Shown piece by piece: positions 9,386-17,755 of a stretch of 30,299 nucleotides of DNA. The DNA is taken from the NCBI GenBank assembly GCA_964447495.1, contig CAYUTF010000030.1, forward strand, positions 1-30,299, read 5' to 3'. The notes below the pieces were generated by a model, which saw only the letters and a list, made by a program, of their open reading frames with translations, made no database searches and had not been told where the DNA came from. Made by a program: the position numbers and the translations under genes. Position 1 is the first letter of the stretch, and each line of letters begins with the position of its first letter. The DNA is from an uncultured archaeon. GTDB taxonomy: Archaea > Asgardarchaeota > Lokiarchaeia > Sigyniarchaeales > SOKP01.

Positions 9386-10711
9386 CTAAGTTTTCTTGAG
9401 CTTTTTACTTAGAATGATTGTTACAAGTGATATAATGCTAAGAAGAAGGAGTAGATTGTATCCGGAAATAGTTGGCGCACGATTAACACATTCATTATTT
9501 TCATATAGATTACCTTCACTAAGTAAATCCTCGTTGAAGCACTTTTCATTTTCAATTAGAGAGTTTCCTGTAATTTTGTTGTTAATGCAGTATATAAAAT
9601 TAATTCCATATTCTTTATTGTGATTTATGTTATTTCCAGAAATTATGCTATTTTCCAAACGATAACAAGAATATCCATGGAGGGTATTATAACTTACATT
9701 ATTCTCTAGGAATAAATTATAATCACAATACTCTAAAAAAAATCCATTATTGTTGTTATAATATACGGTGTTTTCCGAAATGGTATTATTATCTCCTCCA
9801 AATATATATATCCCATCATTGCGATTGTTATTTACCGTATTTCGCTTTATTGTGTTATTGTTACAATTAATCAATGTAATTCCCGTCTCACCGCAAGAAA
9901 GATTTAAATCTTCTATAAATGAACTCCTGCAAGAAGCCAATATTACCTGTCCAGCATTTGTAAAATTATTTGAACCTAAATCTATTTCGTTAGTGTAATA
10001 ATATAAGGGTTTTCCATTGACTAAATTTGTGGTATCGATATTTTGTGAATAATAATTTACAGTATTTCCGGAATATATTTGTAGTCCACATTTTTTCATT
10101 ACATTTCCGGAGACGTTATTATTAACACCATCCAAACGTATACTTGAATAAAGAATATTATCTGAAATTTTATTATCACTACTATGAGATAATAATATTC
10201 CATAACCATCAATGTCGGTTGCGGTGTTACCAGAAATTGTATTACTATTACTATAAAATAAGGAGATCCCATCAAAAGTGTGGGAAGAGCAATTGATATT
10301 TTGTAAGTGGGCATTTTTAACATACTGTAAACTGATCCCATAATATGAATTGTAAACGCTGCAATTTTCAACCTTAAAAAACACATCAGAATTTTCAATC
10401 CATATACACCTTCCCGAACCCCCGCCATCTATTACCAAGTCTTCTATGACATATGGTTCGGAATAAGTACCATTTCCCGTACAATTCCCTGCACTTTTAA
10501 AAGCAGCCCAAGCGGAATTGCCGTCTATATGGATTTTTTCCGATACACCTGAAATTTTTAAAAAATCATGATCGAAATCATCTTTGTAATTAGAAGTTAT
10601 ATCGCGCTCTTTGGCAATAAACCTTAGATTATTAATAAAAAAAGTGGATAAGGCGAAGTTAATTCCTAAAATTATTAGAATTATAATTTGTGTTTTTCGA
10701 TTTGATTTCAT
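9386..10711 (-). CDS. Secreted right-handed beta-helix (NosD/CASH-like) surface protein with Loki-CTERM-like anchor
   Basis: N-terminal hydrophobic segment, GNGTYSEPYVIE cap, GIxL..NNTIxxN repeats, C-terminal ISGY-TM-KKLKKT. Confidence 0.88.
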   Translation of the reverse strand: MKSNRKTQIIILIILGINFALSTFFINNLRFIAKERDITSNYKDDFDHDFLKISGVSEKIHIDGNSAWAAFKSAGNCTGNGTYSEPYVIEDLVIDGGGSGRCIWIENSDVFFKVENCSVYNSYYGISLQYVKNAHLQNINCSSHTFDGISLFYSNSNTISGNTATDIDGYGILLSHSSDNKISDNILYSSIRLDGVNNNVSGNVMKKCGLQIYSGNTVNYYSQNIDTTNLVNGKPLYYYTNEIDLGSNNFTNAGQVILASCRSSFIEDLNLSCGETGITLINCNNNTIKRNTVNNNRNDGIYIFGGDNNTISENTVYYNNNNGFFLEYCDYNLFLENNVSYNTLHGYSCYRLENSIISGNNINHNKEYGINFIYCINNKITGNSLIENEKCFNEDLLSEGNLYENNECVNRAPTISGYNLLLLLSIISLVTIILSKKLKKT

Positions 10712-10886
10712 CCTGATTTCGTCTTAATCTTATATAATCTATTATTGAAAAATTGGACTAATTTAATATTTAATATTTACGATTTTTACTTTTATTTAGA
10801 GATGAATAATTAGAAACATGAATAAAGATAATATTTGGAATATATATCACTCAAGAAATAATTAATCTTTAATATTCTCTTAAGAG

Positions 10887-10960
10887 TGGGAGAGGGGGGA
10901 ATCGAACCCCCGACCCCTTGGTCCCAAACCAAGAATCATACCAGGCTAGACCACCCTCCC
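10887..10960 (-). tRNA. tRNA-Pro(UGG), intronless, CCA not encoded
   Basis: Reverse complement GGGAGGG TG GTCTAGCCTGGTATGAT T CTTGG TT-TGG-GA CCAAG GGGTC GGGGG TTCGATT CCCCC CTCTCCC A folds into a cloverleaf. Confidence 0.95.
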
Positions 10961-11116
10961 GTTATAGAGCGAAAGGTAAAAGGTTAAACCAATGCATAAA
11001 CTATATCTTTTAGAGTAACTAATTTTAATTATCGAAAATAATAAAATTTTTCGATATTTGATAATCTTGATAGGAATATTTCTTGTTTATAATTTTCTTT
11101 TAAGTATGATGGAAAG

Positions 11117-11264
11117 ATGAAATGTATCATAAATCTTCAAAAAATTGGAGAAGTTGCTTCTTCAATATTAATTCGATTAAAGCTGACCTTACACTGGGTA
11201 TTTAAAAACTTCGGGATAAAAGTGGCTATAAATCCAACGGGCTATCCCCTCTAAGATGATGAAT
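11117..11264 (+). pseudogene. 5' fragment of a second archaemetzincin gene (nonsense codon, then truncated)
   Basis: MKCIINLQKIGEVASSILIRLKLTLHWVFKNFGIKVAINPTGYPL*DDE aligns ungapped to the N-terminus of 13350-13907 (24/45 identical); the TAA aligns with CAA (Gln). Confidence 0.88.
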
Positions 11265-11430
11265 CGAGGCTTGCCTTTTTTGTTTTAGATTTTATTCAGA
11301 TAATATCAGTGCTAAAAAAGAAAACTTTATAGCCAAAAATGTCAAATGTAAAAGAATAGTCCTTATTCATTTATAAACGGTAATCGCTCCTTTTTTATTA
11401 ATTTAAAATTTTTTTTACAAATGATATAAA

Positions 11431-13059
11431 ATGAGGATCAAATTCAAACCTATAGTTTTAGGTCTTTTAGTATTAAATCTTGTTGTACTTTCGTTCTGTT
11501 TGATAAACTCTCCAAAATCTTCTCTTAATATGGCAGGGGAATACGAAACTGAACAAGATGGGTTCATCACCGATTTGAAAACATCATCAACTTGGAATTT
11601 TACATCCTTAATCATAGATGACACGGGTGCTACGGGTAATTATACTTGGTCCGAGGCTGTTGCACTTCCTTGGTGTAGTGGTTCTGGTACGGAAGGCTCT
11701 CCTTATGTTATAGATGATATTGCTATTCATGATCAAACGATCACGTGTGGATTAGAAATCAGGAACTCTAATGCTCATTTCCTCATCAATAATAGTGAAT
11801 TTGGATATTGGGTTGGCCAATTTGGGATTGGCATAAAATTAACAAACTGTATTAATGGTAAGTTGGCTAACAACTATTTCAATCGCGTGAATTATAGTAT
11901 CTACTTAGATAATTGTAACTCAACCAATTTAATAAAAAATAAATTTAATGCGGTTTGGGTTAATGCCATCACTTTAAATAATAGCAATAATAACTTAATT
12001 AATCAAAATATCATTCCGAATTCATTCGAATGGGGAATTAGACTAAATGAAGGCTCCACCAATAATATTATCTCAGGAAACATAATGGATTCTAATAATT
12101 GGGGTATTGGAGTTGGTGGTGAGAATAATGAAATCTCAGAAAATGTGTTAACTGATAGTGATTACGGTATTATAATATACGGAAATTACAATAATATATC
12201 AAATAATGACGTTCTGAACAGTTATTATGAAGGAATAGAGTTAACTTCTGATAATAACTTAATTTCAGGAAATACTATAAATGAGAACTATTATGGGCTT
12301 CAGATTTGGGCGGGGAAAAACAATACTATTATAGACAACATTGTTAATCAAAATGAGATTTATGGTATTAATTTATCATATGAAAATAATTCTGTTATCT
12401 GCAACCAAATAAATTATAATATAGAAGATGGTCTCGTCGTTAAATATTTGAGTGATAGTACTATATTTGATAACACGATATCACATAATGGGGGAAACGG
12501 AATATTTTGTGAAGAGGTATCAGATATAGTATTTAAACAAAATTTAGTCTCATGGAATTCGCAAAGAAATGTCTATACATATAAGTGCCACAATCTTACA
12601 TTTGTAGAAAATACATTTGAATCTCATGGGAATGAGATGAATCAATGTAGTAATATTTCAATTTTAGCAAATACGTTTAAAGACGCTTTAATTTTTGTTC
12701 ACCATAGCAACTATAATCTTATTCAAGGAAATACAATGAGTGAAGCAGGAATCTATTTAAGCGATAGCAGTTATAACATGATTACGAGCAATACAATCAG
12801 TGTAGATATGAAGCTTTATGGAATCTCTTTAGAACTCGGTAGTAATAATAATACTATTACTGGTAATACCATAACTTATGAACAAGGTGGATGTTTTTAC
12901 GAGGACACGAGTTGCACAGGTAATATCATTGAAAATAACAGTTGCACTCAAAGAATAATATCAGGATTTGAGATAATCGTGTTATTTTCTATTATTTGCA
13001 TAACTTCTGTTGGTCTAATCGTTATATATAAGAAGAAATTAATGTTTAAGAAATTCTAA
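11431..13059 (+). CDS. Secreted right-handed beta-helix (NosD-like) surface protein with Loki-CTERM-like anchor
   Basis: N-terminal hydrophobic segment, WCSGSGTEGSPYVI cap, many GIxL..NNxIxxN repeats, ISGF-TM-KKK tail. Confidence 0.9.
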   Translation: MRIKFKPIVLGLLVLNLVVLSFCLINSPKSSLNMAGEYETEQDGFITDLKTSSTWNFTSLIIDDTGATGNYTWSEAVALPWCSGSGTEGSPYVIDDIAIHDQTITCGLEIRNSNAHFLINNSEFGYWVGQFGIGIKLTNCINGKLANNYFNRVNYSIYLDNCNSTNLIKNKFNAVWVNAITLNNSNNNLINQNIIPNSFEWGIRLNEGSTNNIISGNIMDSNNWGIGVGGENNEISENVLTDSDYGIIIYGNYNNISNNDVLNSYYEGIELTSDNNLISGNTINENYYGLQIWAGKNNTIIDNIVNQNEIYGINLSYENNSVICNQINYNIEDGLVVKYLSDSTIFDNTISHNGGNGIFCEEVSDIVFKQNLVSWNSQRNVYTYKCHNLTFVENTFESHGNEMNQCSNISILANTFKDALIFVHHSNYNLIQGNTMSEAGIYLSDSSYNMITSNTISVDMKLYGISLELGSNNNTITGNTITYEQGGCFYEDTSCTGNIIENNSCTQRIISGFEIIVLFSIICITSVGLIVIYKKKLMFKKF

Positions 13060-13066
13060 AAACACC

Positions 13067-13083
13067 TTTTTTTTATTTTTTTT
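13067..13083 (+). terminator. Archaeal oligo-T terminator
   Basis: Long T tract immediately after the stop codon at 13059. Confidence 0.55.
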
Positions 13084-13349
13084 AATTGGTTTCTATTCTT
13101 GTTAGAATGGTTTTGTTCAATCTACTTATAGAATAGCCAGAATTTGAATTATTTTTGAGGAAACATTTATGAAAAACGACTTGGAATTCCAATAAGTTAA
13201 GTGCGCAATTTAATTTGCTAATCCTTATAGTAATAGATGTGCCAATCACTATTTTAATATCTGTTTAAAATTTAACAATAAATCAAATATGCTTTGGCAG
13301 ATTATAGAAAACCTAGAATTTATTTTTTTCCGAAGGTTATACTCTATAG

Positions 13350-13907
13350 ATGAAAACAGTTGTTTTTATTCAAAAAATTGGAGAAGTGGATACTTCTATA
13401 CTAATTAGGCTAAAAAAGAATTTATCTTGGTTATTAAAAAAATTTTCATTAAAAGTCGAAATAATCCCAAATGCCTATTCAATTCAAGGTGATGAATATC
13501 TGGAAGCAGAACGCCATTATGATGGGGAATTAATTCTGAAGAGACTTGAAAAAAATTTCAAATCAACAATAAAGAATAAGCTTATAGGGATAATTGATGC
13601 AGATATAAAAGGGACTAGAAAGATCCATCTATTTGGTCTATCAAATTTAAGAAGTTCATGCGCATTAATATCGATTGATCGTTTACGCGGTTCTTATTAT
13701 AATAGTTATGAAGATCAAGCACTATTTGAACTGAGAATTTTAAAGGAAGCGACACATGAATTAGGTCATACATTTGGGTTAGATCACTGTACAAATGAGT
13801 GTGTAATGAAGTATTCAAATAATTTAAATGAAGTAGATAAAAAACCAAAAGATTTTTGTCATATCTGCTCTCAAGCGCTTAAAAAATCTGTTAAGACGGG
13901 AAACTAA
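13350..13907 (+). CDS. amzA: Archaemetzincin family Zn metalloprotease (M54)
   Basis: HELGHTFGLDHC..CVM.YS...FCHIC: HEXXHXXGXXH motif, Met-turn and Cys4 site. Confidence 0.92.
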   Translation: MKTVVFIQKIGEVDTSILIRLKKNLSWLLKKFSLKVEIIPNAYSIQGDEYLEAERHYDGELILKRLEKNFKSTIKNKLIGIIDADIKGTRKIHLFGLSNLRSSCALISIDRLRGSYYNSYEDQALFELRILKEATHELGHTFGLDHCTNECVMKYSNNLNEVDKKPKDFCHICSQALKKSVKTGN

Positions 13908-14914
13908 GGATTTAAGTATCGATCTTTAAATTTTTCATAAAGATTCTCACTAATAGTCATTATCTTTTTGCGATCTTTTATGATATTAATTAATTCAGTG
14001 GGAATGTTTTTCAAACCAAAATAATTTCCCGCTAATGAGCCCCCGATTGCTGCTACGGTATCACTATCTCCTCCTGCAGTGGCTAGTTCGTAAATACATT
14101 CTTCAAATGAGGATAAATGCTTTAAAAAAATAAAGATAGCACACGCGACAGTACTTATCGCGTATGGATGAACAAATGCTCTCCCTAAATACTGTTCAAT
14201 AAAGAAGGGTGATTTTACGCCAGCTTGAGAGAATTTTATCAGTCCCGCTTCCATAGGCATATCAAGATGGTCTTTAACTTTATTCAAAATTGCTGTGAAT
14301 TCCTGCCAAATGCCATCTTGAGAATGTGATAATGGTGTGATTATATATTCAAAAAATTCATTAATAGGAAAATCTATTGTAGGATCTTTATCCATTAGAT
14401 ATGCAATCGCTTTCGCAATGACAAGTGCTCCAGCTGAAGCAGCAGGGTGAGAATGTGTTATTACACTCGATTTTATGGCGGCATGTTCTAATCCTTTAGG
14501 ATCTTTACAATAATATAATCCGATGGGGGAAACTCTCATGGCAGTACCATTTCCTCCTGATTTTGATGCTGCCTCCTCCCATGAGATTCCATATTTGAGC
14601 TTTTGAATTGAAGATATGCATCCAAAACCCGGTCCAATTGGCGGATCATCCAACCAATTTACAAATTCTCGGATAAAATAATCAAGGTTAAATCCAGAAC
14701 CGTTTATGAGTGCTTCTGCAGTGTGAAGGGTTAATTGTGTATCATCTGTATAGGTATAAAATAACTTTTTATTAGTTTTTATAAATTCTTTAAAATCTGT
14801 AAATTGCGAATAAATTTTAATTCGAAGTAATCCTTCAAATGGGTGTCCTAAGGTATCACCGATAGCGACACCAATGAGAGTGCCTTTAAATTTATCTAAG
14901 TAATCAATTTTCAT
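13904..14914 (-). CDS. ADP-ribosylglycohydrolase (DraG/ARH family)
   Basis: GVAIGDTLG, YTDDTQL, GNGTAMR, THSHP and GGDSDT motifs. Confidence 0.93.
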   Translation of the reverse strand: MKIDYLDKFKGTLIGVAIGDTLGHPFEGLLRIKIYSQFTDFKEFIKTNKKLFYTYTDDTQLTLHTAEALINGSGFNLDYFIREFVNWLDDPPIGPGFGCISSIQKLKYGISWEEAASKSGGNGTAMRVSPIGLYYCKDPKGLEHAAIKSSVITHSHPAASAGALVIAKAIAYLMDKDPTIDFPINEFFEYIITPLSHSQDGIWQEFTAILNKVKDHLDMPMEAGLIKFSQAGVKSPFFIEQYLGRAFVHPYAISTVACAIFIFLKHLSSFEECIYELATAGGDSDTVAAIGGSLAGNYFGLKNIPTELINIIKDRKKIMTISENLYEKFKDRYLNP

Positions 14915-15134
14915 AAATACTTGAAATCGATTTATATTATGATGAGATAATATCGAGAATTTTATTTATATTTTTTTTCTTAATTCCAAAATTTTATGGA
15001 GATTATTTTTCGGCTTAATTGTATGAATTTGTTTACTAATTAAGCGAATAATATGACAAGGAATAAGCCTTATAAATGAATATTTCCCATTAATAATTTA
15101 ATTAAAAATTTATCATTCTCTCTAAAGTATTATA

Positions 15135-16034
15135 ATGCAGAAATTGGAAAAATTACAAGATGTTATAACTGCACTTTTAACTCCTTTAAAAGAAGATTTG
15201 TCAATCGATGAGGAAAAATATCGTGAGTTCATCAGATTTCAAATAAAAAATGGGTGCCAAATTTTAACAATGGGAACGACTGGTGAAAGTGCGACGCTCT
15301 CTCATAATGAACATCATGAAGCGATTGACATTACGGTTGATGAGGCTAAAAAAAGCGGTAAAAATCCATTTATATTAGCGGGTACTGGCAGTAATTCTAC
15401 GAAAGAGGCAATCTCCCTTTCCCAATACGCTGAAAAAGCGGGGGCAGACGGTCTGCTCTTAGTTGTACCCTATTATAACAAACCGGTACAACATTCTCTC
15501 ATTGATCATTTTTCTGCGGTTGCTGATTCTGTTAGCTTCCCAATAATATTATATAATGTGCCCAGTCGTACAGGATCAAATTTAGAGCCTAAAACTGTCA
15601 ATCAATTGGCTCGAGCGAAAGATAATATCGTAGGAATGAAGTGTGCAAGCGGAAATATTGATCAAATTACAAAACTTATCAAGATGGTTCCTGATGATTT
15701 CATTGTATTAAGCGGAGATGATGGTATGACGTTCCATATCATGGCTCTTGGAGGAAAGGGTGTTATAAGCGTTGCATCAAATATTATTCCTGATAAAATG
15801 GTCAAGTTCACACAAATGATGAATAAGGGAGATTGGGATGCCGCGAGAGATATGCATTTGGAATTATATGATCTATTTAAAGTATTATTTATTGAATCTA
15901 ATCCAGGACCAGTGAAATATGCTGCTGAGGTAATGGGATTGATGAATAAAAGGATGCGACTCCCTCTTACACCCCCATTAGAAGAAAATCAAGAGGAAAT
16001 CAAAACTGTCTTAAAGAAATTAAAACTTATTTAA
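15135..16034 (+). CDS. dapA: 4-hydroxy-tetrahydrodipicolinate synthase
   Basis: GTTGES, GTGSNST, PYYNKP, YNVPSRTG, Schiff-base Lys (GMKCA), SGDD, NPGPVK. Confidence 0.96.
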   Translation: MQKLEKLQDVITALLTPLKEDLSIDEEKYREFIRFQIKNGCQILTMGTTGESATLSHNEHHEAIDITVDEAKKSGKNPFILAGTGSNSTKEAISLSQYAEKAGADGLLLVVPYYNKPVQHSLIDHFSAVADSVSFPIILYNVPSRTGSNLEPKTVNQLARAKDNIVGMKCASGNIDQITKLIKMVPDDFIVLSGDDGMTFHIMALGGKGVISVASNIIPDKMVKFTQMMNKGDWDAARDMHLELYDLFKVLFIESNPGPVKYAAEVMGLMNKRMRLPLTPPLEENQEEIKTVLKKLKLI

Positions 16035-16070
16035 TAATTACTTTTTAATAAAATAAAGTAAGGGATAAAA

Positions 16071-16892
16071 TTGATAAAGTTACTAATTTTAGGACCGACA
16101 GGTTCTATGGGAAAATTAATAAGTGAGCTAGCTCTGCAAGATGAGGAAATTGATGTGGTTGCTGCTTGCGGAATAGAAAATATTGGTGATGAATTAGGGA
16201 CTCTTGTATCAGTCAAAGATAATAAAAAGGTGAAAGTGAGTGACATTAATGATTTGGAAAATGTTATCCGCGAAACTAAGCCTGATGTCGCAGTAGATTT
16301 TACAATTGCCAAAGCGACTGAGAATAATTGTTTAATTTGTGCTCAAAATGCCTTAAGGTGCGTCATTGGAACAACAGCATTATCCCAAGAATTTCTTAGT
16401 GAATTTGAGAAACTAGTGAAAGTTAATAAAGCCCCTGCGGTTATATCACCAAATATGGCTACAGGAATGAATGTTTTTTTTGAAATCACCAAAAAATTGG
16501 CAAATTACTTAAAAGAATGGGATATCGAAATAATCGAGGCTCACCATAATAGAAAGCAAGATAATTATAGTGGTACCTCTCTTAAAATACTTGACATTAT
16601 TTGTGAGACTATCGGTTGTAAAAAAGAGGAGGTAGCTAAATATGGACGGTCTAAAGGAAAAAGTTTAAGAGAAAAAGGCGCGAAAAATGAAATAGGGATT
16701 CATTGTATCCGTGCTGGAGATATCGTTGGAGAACATATAATCTTATTTGCCGGTTCTGGTGAATATATCGAACTCAAGCATAACGCAATAAATAGATATT
16801 GCTTTGCTGAGGGTGCTATAAAAGCAATAAAGTTTATTGCGAGACAAAAAGAAGGCAAAATTTTTGAAATGAAAGATGTTCTAAATCTTTAA
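16071..16892 (+). CDS. dapB: 4-hydroxy-tetrahydrodipicolinate reductase
   Basis: GPTGSMG, VDFT, GTT, PNMATG, EAHHNRKQD..SGT, RAGDIVGEH, FAEGA; TTG start. Confidence 0.95.
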   Translation: MIKLLILGPTGSMGKLISELALQDEEIDVVAACGIENIGDELGTLVSVKDNKKVKVSDINDLENVIRETKPDVAVDFTIAKATENNCLICAQNALRCVIGTTALSQEFLSEFEKLVKVNKAPAVISPNMATGMNVFFEITKKLANYLKEWDIEIIEAHHNRKQDNYSGTSLKILDIICETIGCKKEEVAKYGRSKGKSLREKGAKNEIGIHCIRAGDIVGEHIILFAGSGEYIELKHNAINRYCFAEGAIKAIKFIARQKEGKIFEMKDVLNL

Positions 16893-16897
16893 TATTT

Positions 16898-17404
16898 TTA
16901 TATTGAGAAATTAATTTTCGGATTAGTTTCAAGTTCATGTTTACATATTTCTGCTTTTTGTTCTAATTCCTCATCAAGATTTAATAACTCCACTAATTCT
17001 AAAGGGGAATCCTCTTTATCACTGCTATTATTTATTATCGGTGATCTACACAGATTTCTTCGATTTATATCAGAACATGTTTGATTAATATTCATCTCAT
17101 TCTTTCTATAAATCTGTGGATACTTTGAACAAAAGTTTCTTTCATGATTATTCGTTGAATTGTCAGAAATTGCGTTTAATTTCAGACTATCATCTGCCTT
17201 TATCATACTAATAGAAGTATAAGGTGGAAAGGGTAAGATTGGTTTAACGCCGAAAAAATCACGGAGAGTATTAATAAGGCGTCTAGGATTAACGGAACAG
17301 CTCAATCTCTTAGAGGATATTTTTATAACACTAGACCCAGAATCTCCTGGGGGATAATCCAAGTGATTTTTGCGTCGGCATGAGCTAGGGGATTTTTCGG
17401 TCAA
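16898..17404 (-). CDS. Hypothetical low-complexity protein; start uncertain, possibly decaying
   Basis: 168-aa ORF filling the gap, with no motif. The frame stays open upstream to about 17476, and an SD (GGAGG) further up is followed by TTG ATT TAA in the same frame. Confidence 0.4.
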   Translation of the reverse strand: MTEKSPSSCRRKNHLDYPPGDSGSSVIKISSKRLSCSVNPRRLINTLRDFFGVKPILPFPPYTSISMIKADDSLKLNAISDNSTNNHERNFCSKYPQIYRKNEMNINQTCSDINRRNLCRSPIINNSSDKEDSPLELVELLNLDEELEQKAEICKHELETNPKINFSI

Positions 17405-17755
17405 AAGTTTAAATAAGTAAGAATTAAAATTTTTAATTATATTAAATCTACATGCTTTTGTATATATATATTTATATTAAATCAATCAACCTCCTACAAT
17501 TAAAAAAGCTTATAGTAGTATAAACTAAAATTGCGAAAAAAACTTTTATGTATTAAAAACTAGTAATATTTATATATAAGTGTTAAAGATAAGCCAATGA
17601 TTTGTAAAGATTAGGTAAAATGAATCAAATTATTGATACATGTAAATAAATAAACAACTTAACAGCTTATAAAGAGCAAAAAGCAATTTAATACTTAAAA
17701 TAAATTACTTGATTTATGTCAATTTATTTAAAAAAAGAAAAAAATAGAAAAAAAG

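Noticed and set aside
10887-10960. tRNA-Pro as attB of an integrated element
   Set aside because: No duplicated tRNA end and no integrase were seen in the window.
13169-13345. Possible decayed ORF upstream of archaemetzincin
   Set aside because: Multiple stops and no recognisable similarity.
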